This document shows, piece by piece, positions 17,639 through 29,018 of a stretch of 64,000 bases of DNA. Source of the DNA: a virus (Duplodnaviria; Caudoviricetes); the IMG/VR virus record IMGVR_UViG_3300028591_000020, positions 1 through 64,000 of that record, one strand, 5' to 3'. Position numbers and translations under genes: made by a program. A model generated the notes under the pieces. That model saw only the letters and a program-made list of their open reading frames with translations, did no database searches and was not told the origin of the DNA. Within the stretch, counting starts at the first letter, position 1. Each line of letters starts with the position of its first letter.

Positions 17639-20600
17639 TTAGAATACATAATCTGCAGGCATGTTAACTACCTGTCCGCTATTGCTAAATGTGACAATGC
17701 AAGTGATTAGGGCTTGTCTGTAGGTTATCATCCATCCACTACCCATGTCACCGCGTACCAGCTTTATCCTGTTGCTCTTCGCGTCACCAACTATTGGGTT
17801 GCCGTCAGGACCGACAACAACAGGAGTCCAAGACAAATCTTCGCTGGTCTGCTCAAACTCTTCGGTTGCGCTGTTGTAGCCCGTACTGCGTTTCCATGCT
17901 ATTCGGAAATCATCGACGTTCATAATATGGCCGGTAATATCTTCATCACCAAACCATACGTGCATGGTAAGGATGGTGTTAACATTACCACCTCTGAACG
18001 TACGCCCGTTGCTGGTGGTAATCTCGCTCAGATATACGGTATTGCCGCCTACAGGAGTCCAGTCGGTGCAATTCCAACAAGGCTCTTGTCTTGTTCCGTC
18101 AACCAAACATTCCCAGAGAATGCCGTTGTTCCATACACGGCTAATCTCCAAGTCCACCTTCCACTCCTGCATCATCTTTGCATGCAGCTGCTCGTCGGTA
18201 AGGTCGCTATACGATGCGTCATTACGATATTGCAGCCACAAGGCACGGGTGTAGGTTCTGAAATGGTAAGGCTCGCTAACGGTGGTTCCGTCAACTACGA
18301 TGGTGGGATTGTTGACCCACTGGCCCCTGTCAGTTCTTACGATGGTGGCAGGCCACTTGATTTTGTGTGCGTGCTCGTAGAAGATCGTGTTGACATACAA
18401 CGATGGCATGTTCTTGTCACGAATCTGACTTGGCAGCACTCCTTCGTCATCCAGTACAGAGGGGAGAATACCAAGAGCCAGAGCGTAGTTCTCGGCATGA
18501 AGGATGGGCTGCGTGACATTCCAGTAATGTGTCAGCCTGTGGTCGGTTCCGCTTAGCTCCCAATAGCTCTGACGTAATGGATTGGTGGTGTTACCTCTAC
18601 GGGCAACGGTCATGAAGTCCTTTGGAGCGAAGTTCTTACCGCCAGGCACCATATTGTCAGCCCACAAGGAAACTACCATCACGTCGCGCTCCATGCCGTC
18701 ATTGAGCGTCATGCTGTGAACGCGCATCCATGAGGTGTAGTATTCGTAGCCGTCATCACCTGTCTCGTCATCAACCTTACCAAAGAGAATATCGTTCTCT
18801 GCAATGGCAGGGTGACGGCCTTCTTTCTCCTTGTGCATGTAGCAGGTATAGGTCCCGTCACCATTATCCACAACTTCCTCGATGTCACCACCACCACTAA
18901 ACTGGTAGTCCTGTTCCATGATTTCAAGGTAGTTGTATATCAGCTTTCGGAACATTGCCCAGCCTCTCACAACAAGGCCGTCGGTGCTGATGACACCTGT
19001 AGAGGCATCCATGTGAATGCCAGTACCTTCCATGTCGGGAGAGCCACCCGGAGAGCGCAGAATGTTTCTGAAAACTATCTCGCTGGCTCTCATTGCTTGC
19101 TCTACCGTGAGGTCGCCCTTCACGCAGTCACGGACTATAAGGCTGATAAGGTCGGCTGCACCGTCGGGAGTGATAGCGGCTCCTGTATCAAGCTCGTCAC
19201 CTGCTATCGGATGCTCACGATGGTAGTCACCAAACCACGCCTCAAACAAAGACGTGAAACCTTTCTCGAAGGTGATACGACCTTCTGCTATATCGTTGTT
19301 AAGCCTCGAAAGGAACTGCTCACTACCGTAGTTCTCGATAAGACTCTGAATCTGCTTGCTGGTATAGCCACCGCCACCACCGCTGCCACCACCTGACACG
19401 CTGTTGCCTGAAATGGCTTTGTCTATCATGCGCTGAATGGTGCTCACCTGCTTCTCGTCTCTCAGAGTGACTTCGTAGGTAGGCAGCTCACCATTACCGC
19501 GCTCTCTGATAGTCAGCACGTCGATGATGATACCCTCGTCGATGTCAAGGTCTTCGTCGGCAAACAGGAAGATGTCACCTGCATGGATGGTGTCATGGAT
19601 AGATGTCTCACCACGCTCAATAGCTTCGTCGTGCTGTCGGGCCATCCATATTTCATCAATACGGGGCTGATAGGTGAAGCGTGTGGTGTCATTCTTTTGC
19701 AAGGCTTCAATGGCTGCATACAGCAGCTTCTCACTGGCTGCAGAAACATATTCGTCGGGCAGCTTGATACCTGTCAGCACGTAATGGTCGCCAGTCTTGA
19801 TCTGGAAATCCTTGTAAGGAAACCAAAGGTCAAGAGAATCATCTTTCACGCGCTCTACTCGGCATTCCCACTGGCCGCTGTTATTCTTGGTGGGTCTGTT
19901 GGCCATCTTGAAGCTGCGAGAGCCACACATGCCATCCTTCATGTCGATGGTAGCTCCTTCCTCGTAGTATTCTGCAAGGTCAAAGCCAAGGTTGGGTAGG
20001 GTAATGGTGAAATTGGGAACGTTACCCTCTCCATAGACACCGTTATCAGTTATCTGCTCGGCTGAAACAACCTTGTCAACATCGTTGCCAAGATATTTCA
20101 TACCTTCCAGCGTAGGATGGATATTCTCAGTATCGTTGTTGCCGTCGAAATATATGTTGCTGGGTCTGATACCGTACTCGTCGGCTTTCAGACTTTGAAT
20201 CCATGGACGGTGCTTTTCCTTTGAGAAATAGCCAGTGAAGCCGTTGATGGTGGCCTTACCTGTTGCATCGTCGCAATCCGTACCGCCATTCTCCTTCACC
20301 CAATTGTACAGCGACTTGTTGGGGAATCCGGGCAGCATCAGACGTGACACAGCCATATTGTTAGGCAGATTCTCAGTAGCGTAGTTCTTGTTTGCGAGTG
20401 GGAAAGCACTCTTCTCTACACCACCAACGAAATATACCAAGTCACCCTGCTTGATAGCCTCAGAGAAAGCATTCATTGCTGACTGGTCTGGCTCGTCGCG
20501 GTCATCCTCTGGATTCACACCTGTATATTCGCAATAGACCTCACAGCGGTTGGAGTTGTAGGCCATCGTGACATAACCCTTCACGGTAATGCCGTTTGCC

Positions 20601-21610
20601 TGTAGCTTGACAATGAAGTTATAGTCACCCTTTCCACCGTAGTTTCCGGGATATGACTTGGATATTTCGGTGAAATACTTCTGATAGTAGTCAAGGTCGA
20701 GAATGAAGTTGGCATAATGCAAGCCAGACGTTGCGTAGTTGGCCTTGATGCTCTCCACGTGGGCAAATACCTGCAGATTCAGCTCTGCATAGTAGCGGTT
20801 AGGAAGGTTTTCCTCACTGCCGTATGCTTTCAGACGTGTGACTACCTGCTGGCCCTCTTCGCTGATGCGCTCTATCTCGTAGAGTCCGTTACCCTTACCA
20901 TAGCGGAAAGTGTTGGAGGTGAATACGCCATCGGTGCCAGCGATAACAACATTGCCACGCTGGATGAAGTTCAAATCAAACTCAGAGTTGATTTTCGTCA
21001 GAGCCTCCCAACAGGTGATATTATCCACCGTCAGGGCTACACTCGTCTTTCCGTAAGAAAGTGTGCGCTCGGCTCCCGTCGGGTCCACATACTGCTTATA
21101 GGCATCAATGAAAGCCTGCTGTCTGCCAACAAGTGAACCACGTTGGGCGTTTCTTGCGGTATTCAGTCCAATGAGAATGAATCTGCCAGGATAAAGCTCT
21201 TCCAAACATGCCTGCACTCTATCCAAGAGGTCATCAACACTCTCGCAATAGAAGGGGAACGTAGGCAGTCCCGTGTAGTGCATCTGATTGTCATCAAGCA
21301 CAATGTCAGTAAAGTCACAGCCCACAATCTTGCTCTGTGGGTCTGACACAAACTTGATGTTCTCGTAGATGAATCCCTCACCATGTGTACCACGACGGGC
21401 TTTCTTCAACACCCGTGGATCGTAGTTGATGCAATAACGCTCGCCTCGGTAGTCGATATAGTCACCAATCTGGAATCTGACTGGATTTGCATCCTTGACC
21501 GTGACGGTCAAATAGCATTCAGCCATCCATTCGTCGTGAAGCTCAAGCTCTTTCACCTGCGCCCTCTCGACTCCGTTGATGCTATATATCTTCCACTCGT
21601 TCATACACAC
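17639..21610 (-). CDS. tail tip/baseplate hub protein (Tal-like)
   Basis: 1323 aa; FRYGKGNGLYEI..VVTRLKAYGSEENLPNRYY; follows distal tail gene. Confidence 0.75.
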   Translation of the reverse strand: MCMNEWKIYSINGVERAQVKELELHDEWMAECYLTVTVKDANPVRFQIGDYIDYRGERYCINYDPRVLKKARRGTHGEGFIYENIKFVSDPQSKIVGCDFTDIVLDDNQMHYTGLPTFPFYCESVDDLLDRVQACLEELYPGRFILIGLNTARNAQRGSLVGRQQAFIDAYKQYVDPTGAERTLSYGKTSVALTVDNITCWEALTKINSEFDLNFIQRGNVVIAGTDGVFTSNTFRYGKGNGLYEIERISEEGQQVVTRLKAYGSEENLPNRYYAELNLQVFAHVESIKANYATSGLHYANFILDLDYYQKYFTEISKSYPGNYGGKGDYNFIVKLQANGITVKGYVTMAYNSNRCEVYCEYTGVNPEDDRDEPDQSAMNAFSEAIKQGDLVYFVGGVEKSAFPLANKNYATENLPNNMAVSRLMLPGFPNKSLYNWVKENGGTDCDDATGKATINGFTGYFSKEKHRPWIQSLKADEYGIRPSNIYFDGNNDTENIHPTLEGMKYLGNDVDKVVSAEQITDNGVYGEGNVPNFTITLPNLGFDLAEYYEEGATIDMKDGMCGSRSFKMANRPTKNNSGQWECRVERVKDDSLDLWFPYKDFQIKTGDHYVLTGIKLPDEYVSAASEKLLYAAIEALQKNDTTRFTYQPRIDEIWMARQHDEAIERGETSIHDTIHAGDIFLFADEDLDIDEGIIIDVLTIRERGNGELPTYEVTLRDEKQVSTIQRMIDKAISGNSVSGGGSGGGGGYTSKQIQSLIENYGSEQFLSRLNNDIAEGRITFEKGFTSLFEAWFGDYHREHPIAGDELDTGAAITPDGAADLISLIVRDCVKGDLTVEQAMRASEIVFRNILRSPGGSPDMEGTGIHMDASTGVISTDGLVVRGWAMFRKLIYNYLEIMEQDYQFSGGGDIEEVVDNGDGTYTCYMHKEKEGRHPAIAENDILFGKVDDETGDDGYEYYTSWMRVHSMTLNDGMERDVMVVSLWADNMVPGGKNFAPKDFMTVARRGNTTNPLRQSYWELSGTDHRLTHYWNVTQPILHAENYALALGILPSVLDDEGVLPSQIRDKNMPSLYVNTIFYEHAHKIKWPATIVRTDRGQWVNNPTIVVDGTTVSEPYHFRTYTRALWLQYRNDASYSDLTDEQLHAKMMQEWKVDLEISRVWNNGILWECLVDGTRQEPCWNCTDWTPVGGNTVYLSEITTSNGRTFRGGNVNTILTMHVWFGDEDITGHIMNVDDFRIAWKRSTGYNSATEEFEQTSEDLSWTPVVVGPDGNPIVGDAKSNRIKLVRGDMGSGWMITYRQALITCIVTFSNSGQVVNMPADYVF

Positions 21611-21625
21611 GTCATGTATGCCGCC

Positions 21626-22102
21626 CTACGGCAGCGTCACATCGGTAACAGGGTCATTGACCTTGAGCGTTACTTCAAATATCAGGTATTCGTTGTTATC
21701 GTCAGACTTCCACTTGGCGTTGTCTGATACACCATCCAAGCGGACATTCTGTCTGCCGATACGAGTATAAGAGGAATAGAGCTTAAACTGCCCTAACTTC
21801 AAATGATTTAGGAATGTGCCAACTTTATTGCGGACATCGGCTATTGAGCCGCTTTTCTTGCAGCCAAATTCCACCTTCATGGTGTAGGCTTCAAGTTTCA
21901 AACCATCTTTGGGAATGTACTCGTCATCACCGTCTTCATCATTCCAAGAACGCTTGGCCGGGTCTTTGACTTTGTTGAAAATCACGAAGGGAATCTTCTT
22001 GCAGTAGATACCCCATGTGGCAACACTCTCGCAAATGGGATATGGAGCGTCGTTTGCATCCGTTCCCATTAACTGCAAGAAAAAGTTCTGCCATTTCTCC
22101 AT
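21626..22102 (-). CDS. distal tail protein (Dit-like)
   Basis: KDPAKRSWNDEDGDDEYIP...F.VTLKVNDP; ATG at 22102 preferred because the track start overlaps a promoter box. Confidence 0.65.
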   Translation of the reverse strand: MEKWQNFFLQLMGTDANDAPYPICESVATWGIYCKKIPFVIFNKVKDPAKRSWNDEDGDDEYIPKDGLKLEAYTMKVEFGCKKSGSIADVRNKVGTFLNHLKLGQFKLYSSYTRIGRQNVRLDGVSDNAKWKSDDNNEYLIFEVTLKVNDPVTDVTLP

Positions 22103-22145
22103 AAGTCTTAACGTGTTTGTTATCCCAAATAGTTGATTTTCGCCA

Positions 22146-22180
22146 CAAAGATACAAATATTTTCCGTATAAATATACAAA
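22146..22180 (-). promoter_or_regulatory. Bacteroidetes sigma-A-type promoter inside the tail operon
   Basis: -7 box TATCTTTG (22153-22146) with upstream TTTG in an AT-rich gap. Confidence 0.6.
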
Positions 22181-22240
22181 TAATGCGAATATTTATGCAA
22201 TTTAACAGAAATTTTTGCATAAAGATGGTAAAATGCAGGG

Positions 22241-22750
22241 TTATTGCCCTGCATTTCTCTTATCTCTGATGGTGACATTACCCTCGTAGGTTATCTCGCC
22301 ACCATGCCAGTACACGAAAGCTTTTGAGAATCCTTTGGCCACCACATGAACACGGCAATTATCGTAGGCTTCGACAAACACCTTTGAACTTTCATCAACC
22401 TCTATTCTAAGGTTGGCATGGTGTCTGACATAGACATTTCCCGTACTATTGGTATGGTATCTGAGCGTGCCGATACTCTCACCAAGGGCAACAGCTGTAA
22501 CGAGGTTGCTGGCATCAATACTGCTGTCAAGAAATATTCCTTTCGCCATGAGAATATCCTTGGGGAACACCTTTCTTGCAAACTCCAGTTTGGGATAGTC
22601 ATGCTTGATGCAAAAATCAATGCCACGTAAATATTTTTCAAGTAACTGTTGTATTGACTCTTTATCGCCCCAATCATTATACCATTGGTCGCACAAGCCA
22701 AGTTCTCTTGCTCTTCTCTTTAGAAGATTGTTAAGTTCTTTCTCCTTCAT
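22241..22750 (-). CDS. conserved phage protein downstream of tape measure
   Basis: ARELGLCDQW...YLRGIDFCIKHDYP pattern. Confidence 0.7.
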   Translation of the reverse strand: MKEKELNNLLKRRARELGLCDQWYNDWGDKESIQQLLEKYLRGIDFCIKHDYPKLEFARKVFPKDILMAKGIFLDSSIDASNLVTAVALGESIGTLRYHTNSTGNVYVRHHANLRIEVDESSKVFVEAYDNCRVHVVAKGFSKAFVYWHGGEITYEGNVTIRDKRNAGQ

Positions 22751-22751
22751 G

Positions 22752-25700
22752 TTATTTAATTTTTATACCCTGTCCGTCTGGTGCTAAGCTATGCAGAAGG
22801 TTGTAGATGTCCTCTGCGAAGCTGGCATTCTTGCTGGTGTTCCTTGCTATCTGCTCCAGTTGTGCGAGCTGTGCGCGTGCAATGATAGGCATTTCTGACT
22901 GACCCTGCACGATTGCAAGCATCTGCAAAAGCGTAGCCCTGTTTACACTGACATCTGCACGGATAGCATTCAAGTAGGATGCAAGAAGGTCTGCAGTACT
23001 CTCAGTGATATTCTTGATACTCGATGAAGCAGAACTGCCGGAATCGTCTCTGATGGAATCTCCGTGACGGTTGGCAATCTGCTCAAGACCATCAAGGAAT
23101 ACGGTAGTGACACGTGCTGCCTCGTCGGCATCGGAATACATCTTGGCAAGGATTTCAAGACCGCGTTCGTCCATGCGTCCATCATTGGCCTCAAAATACT
23201 TCATGAACTCATCCATGTTCTTTTGAAGGAGAGGTTCGAGGTACTTCTGAGCGATAATCTTGGTGCCTACCTCCTTGATCATTTCGCTGACCTTCTTCTT
23301 GTAGGCATCAACGGCATTCTCACCAGTAGACCAAGCTTCAACGAGGGCATCAGCCAGACCGGACGCCCAACTCTTATAGTCGATACCGTACAGGTCCTTG
23401 GCCATTTCCTCAGCAAAGTAGCGAATCTCAAGTTCGAGTTCCTTGATTTGCTGCTCCATGTCCTGTACCTTATCCCAATCGGTTTCCTTCTTATCCTTCT
23501 CAGATTCTATCTGACTGCGAAGTTCGTCCTGTTGCACCATGAGAGAAGCCTTTTGGGCATCGTAGTAGCTCTGACTCTTCTCGGCTTCCTTGATTGCCTT
23601 ATATGTACGCTCCTGGATATAGCCGTTGCTGGTGGCACCAATAATATTCATAATGGTGTAGTTGCCAGTATTGAGTTCACGTCTGGCCCTCTCTCTTTCC
23701 TCGTATTTCTGACGATACTCAGCCATCTTGTCAGACGTTTCCTTGTCAGCCTTGGCAGTATAGATACCTCCCAAAGTATGCTCAAGAACGGTCTCGAGAT
23801 TCTTTGTCAGATTCTCCATTTCCTTTTGTCTGCGCTTAGAGGCTTGGATTTCCTCTTCAAGTGCTTCGTCGTGACCGCCAAAGATGGCTTCTATACCAGA
23901 GCTAATCAGACTTACACCTGCACCAATGGCAGCACCCCAAGGACCAGCTGCTTGACCAAATATAGCTGCTGCACCTGCTGCACCAGTGGCAGCACCACCA
24001 AGTGCGCCCTGTACTGCGCCAAAAGCCTGACCAACACCCTTCATGCCAAGTTGGTCGAAGAGATTGATAACGGGGTCGAGTGCACCAGCAAGTGCATCAA
24101 ACTTTCCTCTCAATCCTTCAACACCCTTCACGAAGTCAGAGCCAGCGGCTTTCTTGCCATTCTTGATTTGACCTTTTGTAACAGTACTACCAAGCTTCAC
24201 GCCAAGGATGGAAGACAATTCTTGATTGGCTATCAGGTCGCCTTGTTTATTGGCCTGCTTCTCGTAGCCATTGAGAATCCTCATGCGGCTCATGGCATCA
24301 CTCATTGCCAAGAAGGGATTGCGGTTTGCCAGCTCTTCGCGCATCTTGGCAATGGCACTCTGCAAGGCTTTCACGTCCTCTACACTAAGCCCGGCTGTGT
24401 GTCCGAATCTCTCAGTTTCGGTCATCAAATCCCTCAGAGTCTCAGTAGTCACTCTGTCAAGGTCATCGAAAATCTTCACCCAATTCGTGTTGGCCTTGAA
24501 CTGCTCAAACTGATAATGGGCAATCTTTTCGTTATGCTCCTGTGTGGCTCCTGCCTCTGCCTGCTGGCGAAGGGTGGGGTCATTGATTTTCTTGATAAGT
24601 TCCAGCTGACGCTCGTAGCGACGGTTTTCATCCTCTATCTGCTGGGCAAGAGTGCGATTCTTTGTAACCGTCTCTTCCATCAGCTGTAGAGTTTCTTGCT
24701 TAATCTTCTTTTCGTTGGCAGCATAAGCCTCGTACAACTCAGAGAAAACCTTGCTATTCTCGCCAAACGTCTTAGCGAAGGTGTTCTTATCCATGGCGAA
24801 AACGTCCTCTGCTTTCAGGGCGCCTTGTGGATTGGCTGCAAGGGCTTCGCGCATCTGACGAATCAGTTCATCCTTATATGTTGCACTCTGCACACCGCCA
24901 CCAAAGGCAATAGTCATGGCTCCCTGCTGATTACCTGTCAGCTGATAGATTTTCTTATAGGTGTCGTACTGCTCAGAAAGCAAGCTCAACTGCGTTTTCA
25001 GGTCGCTGTTGATTCTGCTAATAGCGTCAGCATCAGCCTTACGCTGCTGTGATACCTTGTCAGCATCTACGGAACTGACAAACTTCTTTCTCGCCTCAGT
25101 ATTGGCCTTGAATCCCTTGGTCAGCTCGTCGAGACTCTGGCTATAGTTGGTAACGTCACCAAGATTCCAGCCAAAGACATCGGCAAAGCCATTGGCTTTC
25201 AGATAGTCGGTTGCACCAGAGCCATACAGCTTACGGGCATTCTCCAACTCCGAATAGAACTTCTTATAGAGGTCAACACGATTCTTCAAAGACTCAAGAG
25301 CCTTATCCTTCTTGTTGCCACCACCTCCAGTAGTCTTTTTCTTATTGACATTCAGCCCAAGGTCTTTACCAGCCTGCACAATCTTGGCATCCTCTGCCTT
25401 ATCGTTGTTATAGTCCTGTAAAACCTTGCTGACATAGCTACGCCACTCGGGGGCAAGTGGAGCAAGGCCGTTTTCTATATCCTTTGGAAGGCTGCTCAGG
25501 TCGAAGCCGAACTTGATAAGAATCTTACCGTTGCGCTCCATGGATTCCTGCATTTCCTTGTGTTTGTTTTGAAGTTCTTTCTCGACTTTCTCCAAGGAAC
25601 TCTGGGCATCAACGGTAATCCTTATCTTGTTATTATCGAAATAATTCTTCAAATCCTGCTGCCAGGGAGCGAGGTCCTGCTCTTCCACTGATGGTAGAGC

Positions 25701-28700
25701 CTTGATCTTGATGACCATCGGCTCACTAAGCAGCTGGCTATATAACTTGTCACGGAAACGCTCTTTGGTCTCACCATCCAGCTCATAGCTATTCAGCACA
25801 TCGTTGACGGAATCGCGGAACTTCATCAGACCCTCGTTATCCCATTCTGCTATGGTAGCCGGATTGAGACCCTGAGCTTTCAGGGTTTCGTTAAGAGCAA
25901 TTTCAATATGGTCGGCATACTCCTGCATCTGAGTGTCAACCTCTGCCTCTTTGTTCTTAAGAGCATCAAGGGCATTGCTGTATTTCTTGATGGACTCATA
26001 GACTTCATCATCAAAGTCTGTCTGTCTGCGAGCATTGAGGAAATTCTTAAAATTACCACGACCAGTATCTGTTAGCTTGTCATACAACGATTGCCAGTCA
26101 AGCGAAGCCATCTTTTCCTCGTTCCATGCTCCAATTTCCTTATAGAAAAGTTCGAGCTGTACCTTCATGGCTGCACCTAATCGGTCAACACCCTTCTTGG
26201 CAACATTCTTGGCGATATTGGCCTTACTCCAGTCGGCAAGGTCCTCAGCCATGTTGTCATTGAAGAGCTGGGTAAACCAGTTTCCTTTACCGCTCTGGTT
26301 GGCAGCTGCAATGTATGCCTGAACGTTGTCACGCATGATAAGATACTCGTTAGAGACACGCTCCAGCTCGCCAAAAAGGATGCGATATTTCTCTGTCAGA
26401 CTATCAGTACCCTGAATCTGCTTGTCAATCTCTTCACTATAGTTGCCGCTATTCTTGAGGGCGTTGGTCATGCGCTCAATGGCACTCGTCATGTCCTCTG
26501 CATTCTTCGGACGTTCCTTGTTAAGGGAGTTATAGAGATTGTTGACGCTACTCAGATGCTCAAGCATGGAACCTGTTGCGTTACCTGCCAACTCACTTGC
26601 ACGCTTGGCCTGCTCTGAGGCACGCTCATAGAGTGCAACGATACCACCGATGGCAGCAAATGCTACACCAGTCCAGCCGCCCACAAAGCTAAGAGCACCT
26701 TTGCCCATTTTCGACCACATACTCTGACCACCTTGAAGCATATTCAGGGCATTCAGCTGTGTGGCATTGGCAATGGCTACACGCTGTTGACGTGTATAAC
26801 CCTTCATCTGCAGCAGACGGTAGAAATCGCTTTTCTCCATCTTGCCTGCTATCATGAGTTCGTAGGCTTTCCTCTCTGTTATCTGATTTTCGGCTGCAAG
26901 GATGGCATAGTCAGAGCTGACAAGTTTATTCTTGTTTTGTACGAGCTTCTGCTCTTCGGCATTCAGCTGTCTGCCATACCACAAACGTTCGCGCTCAAGG
27001 CGGTTTGCTTCCTGCAACTTGGCAAGCTCCATGTTCTTGATAGCCGTATTTCCACTGGCCTTATCAATGCTTGCACCAATACCAGAGGCCGCATACTTAC
27101 CAAGTCTGGCAAGGGCAATACCACTTAGCATCGGCATGAGAGTATCGGCTGCTGAAACAATGCTGACAATAAGCTCAAGGATATATTTGAGACCACTACC
27201 CATCATGCTCTCACCATCGGCAATACGTCCTAACATAATCTGCCAGGAGTCCTGTAGCTTCTGGTACTTACCATACAGGGTATCGGCAAGTTTTGACTGC
27301 ATATCAAAGAACTGACCGCCCTCGTTGGTCATATCCCAAAGGACTTCCTGCACCATCTTGAACGGCACGGCACGCTTGGAGATAAGCTCAAAGACCTCAC
27401 CAGTAGTTACCATTCTTCCATTCAGATCGGAGAATTTCTCGGCAAGCTTCTGTACCATCGGAATACCTGCCTCTGTGAACTGACGCAATTCCTGACCTCT
27501 CAGCACGGCAGCACTACGTACCTGACCGTAAGCCAATATCAGACGATTCATGTCAACACCAAGACCAGTAGAAATGTCTGCCAGTCGCTTGGTGGTGTCA
27601 AACAGTTCCTTGTATGGTATCTGATAAGCTGACAGCTGCTTGGTGTAAGCCGTCAACTCCATGAATGTTTTCGGTGACTCGATAGCCATATCCTGCAACT
27701 GAGCAAATAGGGTGTTGGCCTGCTCCACATCACCAAGGATATTCTGCAAGGCAATATGCTGGAACTCAAACTGACCGCCAATAGTGATGACACTCTTCAA
27801 GATGCGCTCTAAACCATAGAGTCCTGCGTAGGCTCCAATCTGATTCTGTAGCTGTACGGTGATTCTGTTGGCTTGGTTGCCTGCCTCTGCAATACGATAG
27901 TAGGAAGAGGTAAGACCTTCATTGACGTGGGCCAACATACTGACAGCATCAGCAGCTTTTCTTGCAGCATTGGCACGCTGATTCTTGGCAGCGGCATCGT
28001 CAAGTTCACGCTGTCTGCCTGCTGCAAGGGATTCGTTATATCTGCGCTGAATGGCATTCAGCTCTTCCGTAACCTTTTCCTTCGTCCATGTGGGCGTAGT
28101 GATACGTCCAGACATCAGCAAACCATTCTCGTAGCTGACGTTATGAATCAGAGCTTGTATCTCCTGAATCTTACGACCAAGGGCAGCATATTCCACCGTC
28201 TGCTTGCGGATTCCTGCAATCTTCTGCTGACTGGCGGCATCGGCACTCAGCTTATTCAGGGCAGATTGCAGTTGTTTGTTGGCTTCCAGTCGGCTGTTGT
28301 AGTCGCTGGTGGCACTCGTCAGACCGTTCAACTCTGCCTTGACACGTCTCAGGAACTCTTCGTAGTCGGCACCGGAGGCACTTGCAGGCATGCCGCTACC
28401 ATTGCGCTCAGCACGCTTCACGGCTGACATTCTCGCGGATATACTGTTGATGATGCTGACAGAGCCGGACGTGTCAGTACCAGGAGCCGCACCAACAATG
28501 GCATCAGACAGTTGCTTGCGATAACGCTGCAGCTCATAATACTTGGCTTTGAGGTCATCAATACGTCTTGACTCGTTGGCAGCATTCTTGGCCTCGGCAG
28601 CTTCCTTGGCCTCGATGTTGTCAACATAGCGAAGGGTATCTTTGAGCATCAGCTCGATATTCAGACGGAGCTTGTCAAACTTGACCTCACCCTTGTTAAG

Positions 28701-29018
28701 AAGCCTGTCGGGGTCTTTGAACATTTCAGTAAACTGCTTGCGCACATTCTCAAGCTCGCTACTCATGTTCTTAAGACCTTTCCTCTCGTCTCTTGTGAGA
28801 TTCGCACCTTTCAGCTCGGAGATACGTTTCTGAGCGATATATATCTTGTCATAGACGTTGGAAACGTCAACGATATTCTGATAGACATTCTTCAACTCTG
28901 CTGCATCGTCACTGAGGGCATTTGCCAGCTTCTCAGAGTTACGCATCAGCTTCTCAAGAACACCCGAAATCTCGTCTCTTACACCCAGCTCAAACCAAAG
29001 TTTATCTGCTGCTGCCAT
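22752..29018 (-). CDS. tape measure protein
   Basis: 2088 aa, helical; tape-measure domain AYGQVRSAAVLRGQELRQFTEAGIP. Confidence 0.95.
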   Translation of the reverse strand: MAAADKLWFELGVRDEISGVLEKLMRNSEKLANALSDDAAELKNVYQNIVDVSNVYDKIYIAQKRISELKGANLTRDERKGLKNMSSELENVRKQFTEMFKDPDRLLNKGEVKFDKLRLNIELMLKDTLRYVDNIEAKEAAEAKNAANESRRIDDLKAKYYELQRYRKQLSDAIVGAAPGTDTSGSVSIINSISARMSAVKRAERNGSGMPASASGADYEEFLRRVKAELNGLTSATSDYNSRLEANKQLQSALNKLSADAASQQKIAGIRKQTVEYAALGRKIQEIQALIHNVSYENGLLMSGRITTPTWTKEKVTEELNAIQRRYNESLAAGRQRELDDAAAKNQRANAARKAADAVSMLAHVNEGLTSSYYRIAEAGNQANRITVQLQNQIGAYAGLYGLERILKSVITIGGQFEFQHIALQNILGDVEQANTLFAQLQDMAIESPKTFMELTAYTKQLSAYQIPYKELFDTTKRLADISTGLGVDMNRLILAYGQVRSAAVLRGQELRQFTEAGIPMVQKLAEKFSDLNGRMVTTGEVFELISKRAVPFKMVQEVLWDMTNEGGQFFDMQSKLADTLYGKYQKLQDSWQIMLGRIADGESMMGSGLKYILELIVSIVSAADTLMPMLSGIALARLGKYAASGIGASIDKASGNTAIKNMELAKLQEANRLERERLWYGRQLNAEEQKLVQNKNKLVSSDYAILAAENQITERKAYELMIAGKMEKSDFYRLLQMKGYTRQQRVAIANATQLNALNMLQGGQSMWSKMGKGALSFVGGWTGVAFAAIGGIVALYERASEQAKRASELAGNATGSMLEHLSSVNNLYNSLNKERPKNAEDMTSAIERMTNALKNSGNYSEEIDKQIQGTDSLTEKYRILFGELERVSNEYLIMRDNVQAYIAAANQSGKGNWFTQLFNDNMAEDLADWSKANIAKNVAKKGVDRLGAAMKVQLELFYKEIGAWNEEKMASLDWQSLYDKLTDTGRGNFKNFLNARRQTDFDDEVYESIKKYSNALDALKNKEAEVDTQMQEYADHIEIALNETLKAQGLNPATIAEWDNEGLMKFRDSVNDVLNSYELDGETKERFRDKLYSQLLSEPMVIKIKALPSVEEQDLAPWQQDLKNYFDNNKIRITVDAQSSLEKVEKELQNKHKEMQESMERNGKILIKFGFDLSSLPKDIENGLAPLAPEWRSYVSKVLQDYNNDKAEDAKIVQAGKDLGLNVNKKKTTGGGGNKKDKALESLKNRVDLYKKFYSELENARKLYGSGATDYLKANGFADVFGWNLGDVTNYSQSLDELTKGFKANTEARKKFVSSVDADKVSQQRKADADAISRINSDLKTQLSLLSEQYDTYKKIYQLTGNQQGAMTIAFGGGVQSATYKDELIRQMREALAANPQGALKAEDVFAMDKNTFAKTFGENSKVFSELYEAYAANEKKIKQETLQLMEETVTKNRTLAQQIEDENRRYERQLELIKKINDPTLRQQAEAGATQEHNEKIAHYQFEQFKANTNWVKIFDDLDRVTTETLRDLMTETERFGHTAGLSVEDVKALQSAIAKMREELANRNPFLAMSDAMSRMRILNGYEKQANKQGDLIANQELSSILGVKLGSTVTKGQIKNGKKAAGSDFVKGVEGLRGKFDALAGALDPVINLFDQLGMKGVGQAFGAVQGALGGAATGAAGAAAIFGQAAGPWGAAIGAGVSLISSGIEAIFGGHDEALEEEIQASKRRQKEMENLTKNLETVLEHTLGGIYTAKADKETSDKMAEYRQKYEERERARRELNTGNYTIMNIIGATSNGYIQERTYKAIKEAEKSQSYYDAQKASLMVQQDELRSQIESEKDKKETDWDKVQDMEQQIKELELEIRYFAEEMAKDLYGIDYKSWASGLADALVEAWSTGENAVDAYKKKVSEMIKEVGTKIIAQKYLEPLLQKNMDEFMKYFEANDGRMDERGLEILAKMYSDADEAARVTTVFLDGLEQIANRHGDSIRDDSGSSASSSIKNITESTADLLASYLNAIRADVSVNRATLLQMLAIVQGQSEMPIIARAQLAQLEQIARNTSKNASFAEDIYNLLHSLAPDGQGIKIK

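Noticed and set aside
23064-24689. 541-aa + strand ORF
   Set aside because: Antisense shadow of the tape measure gene; expected from its codon bias, no protein motifs.
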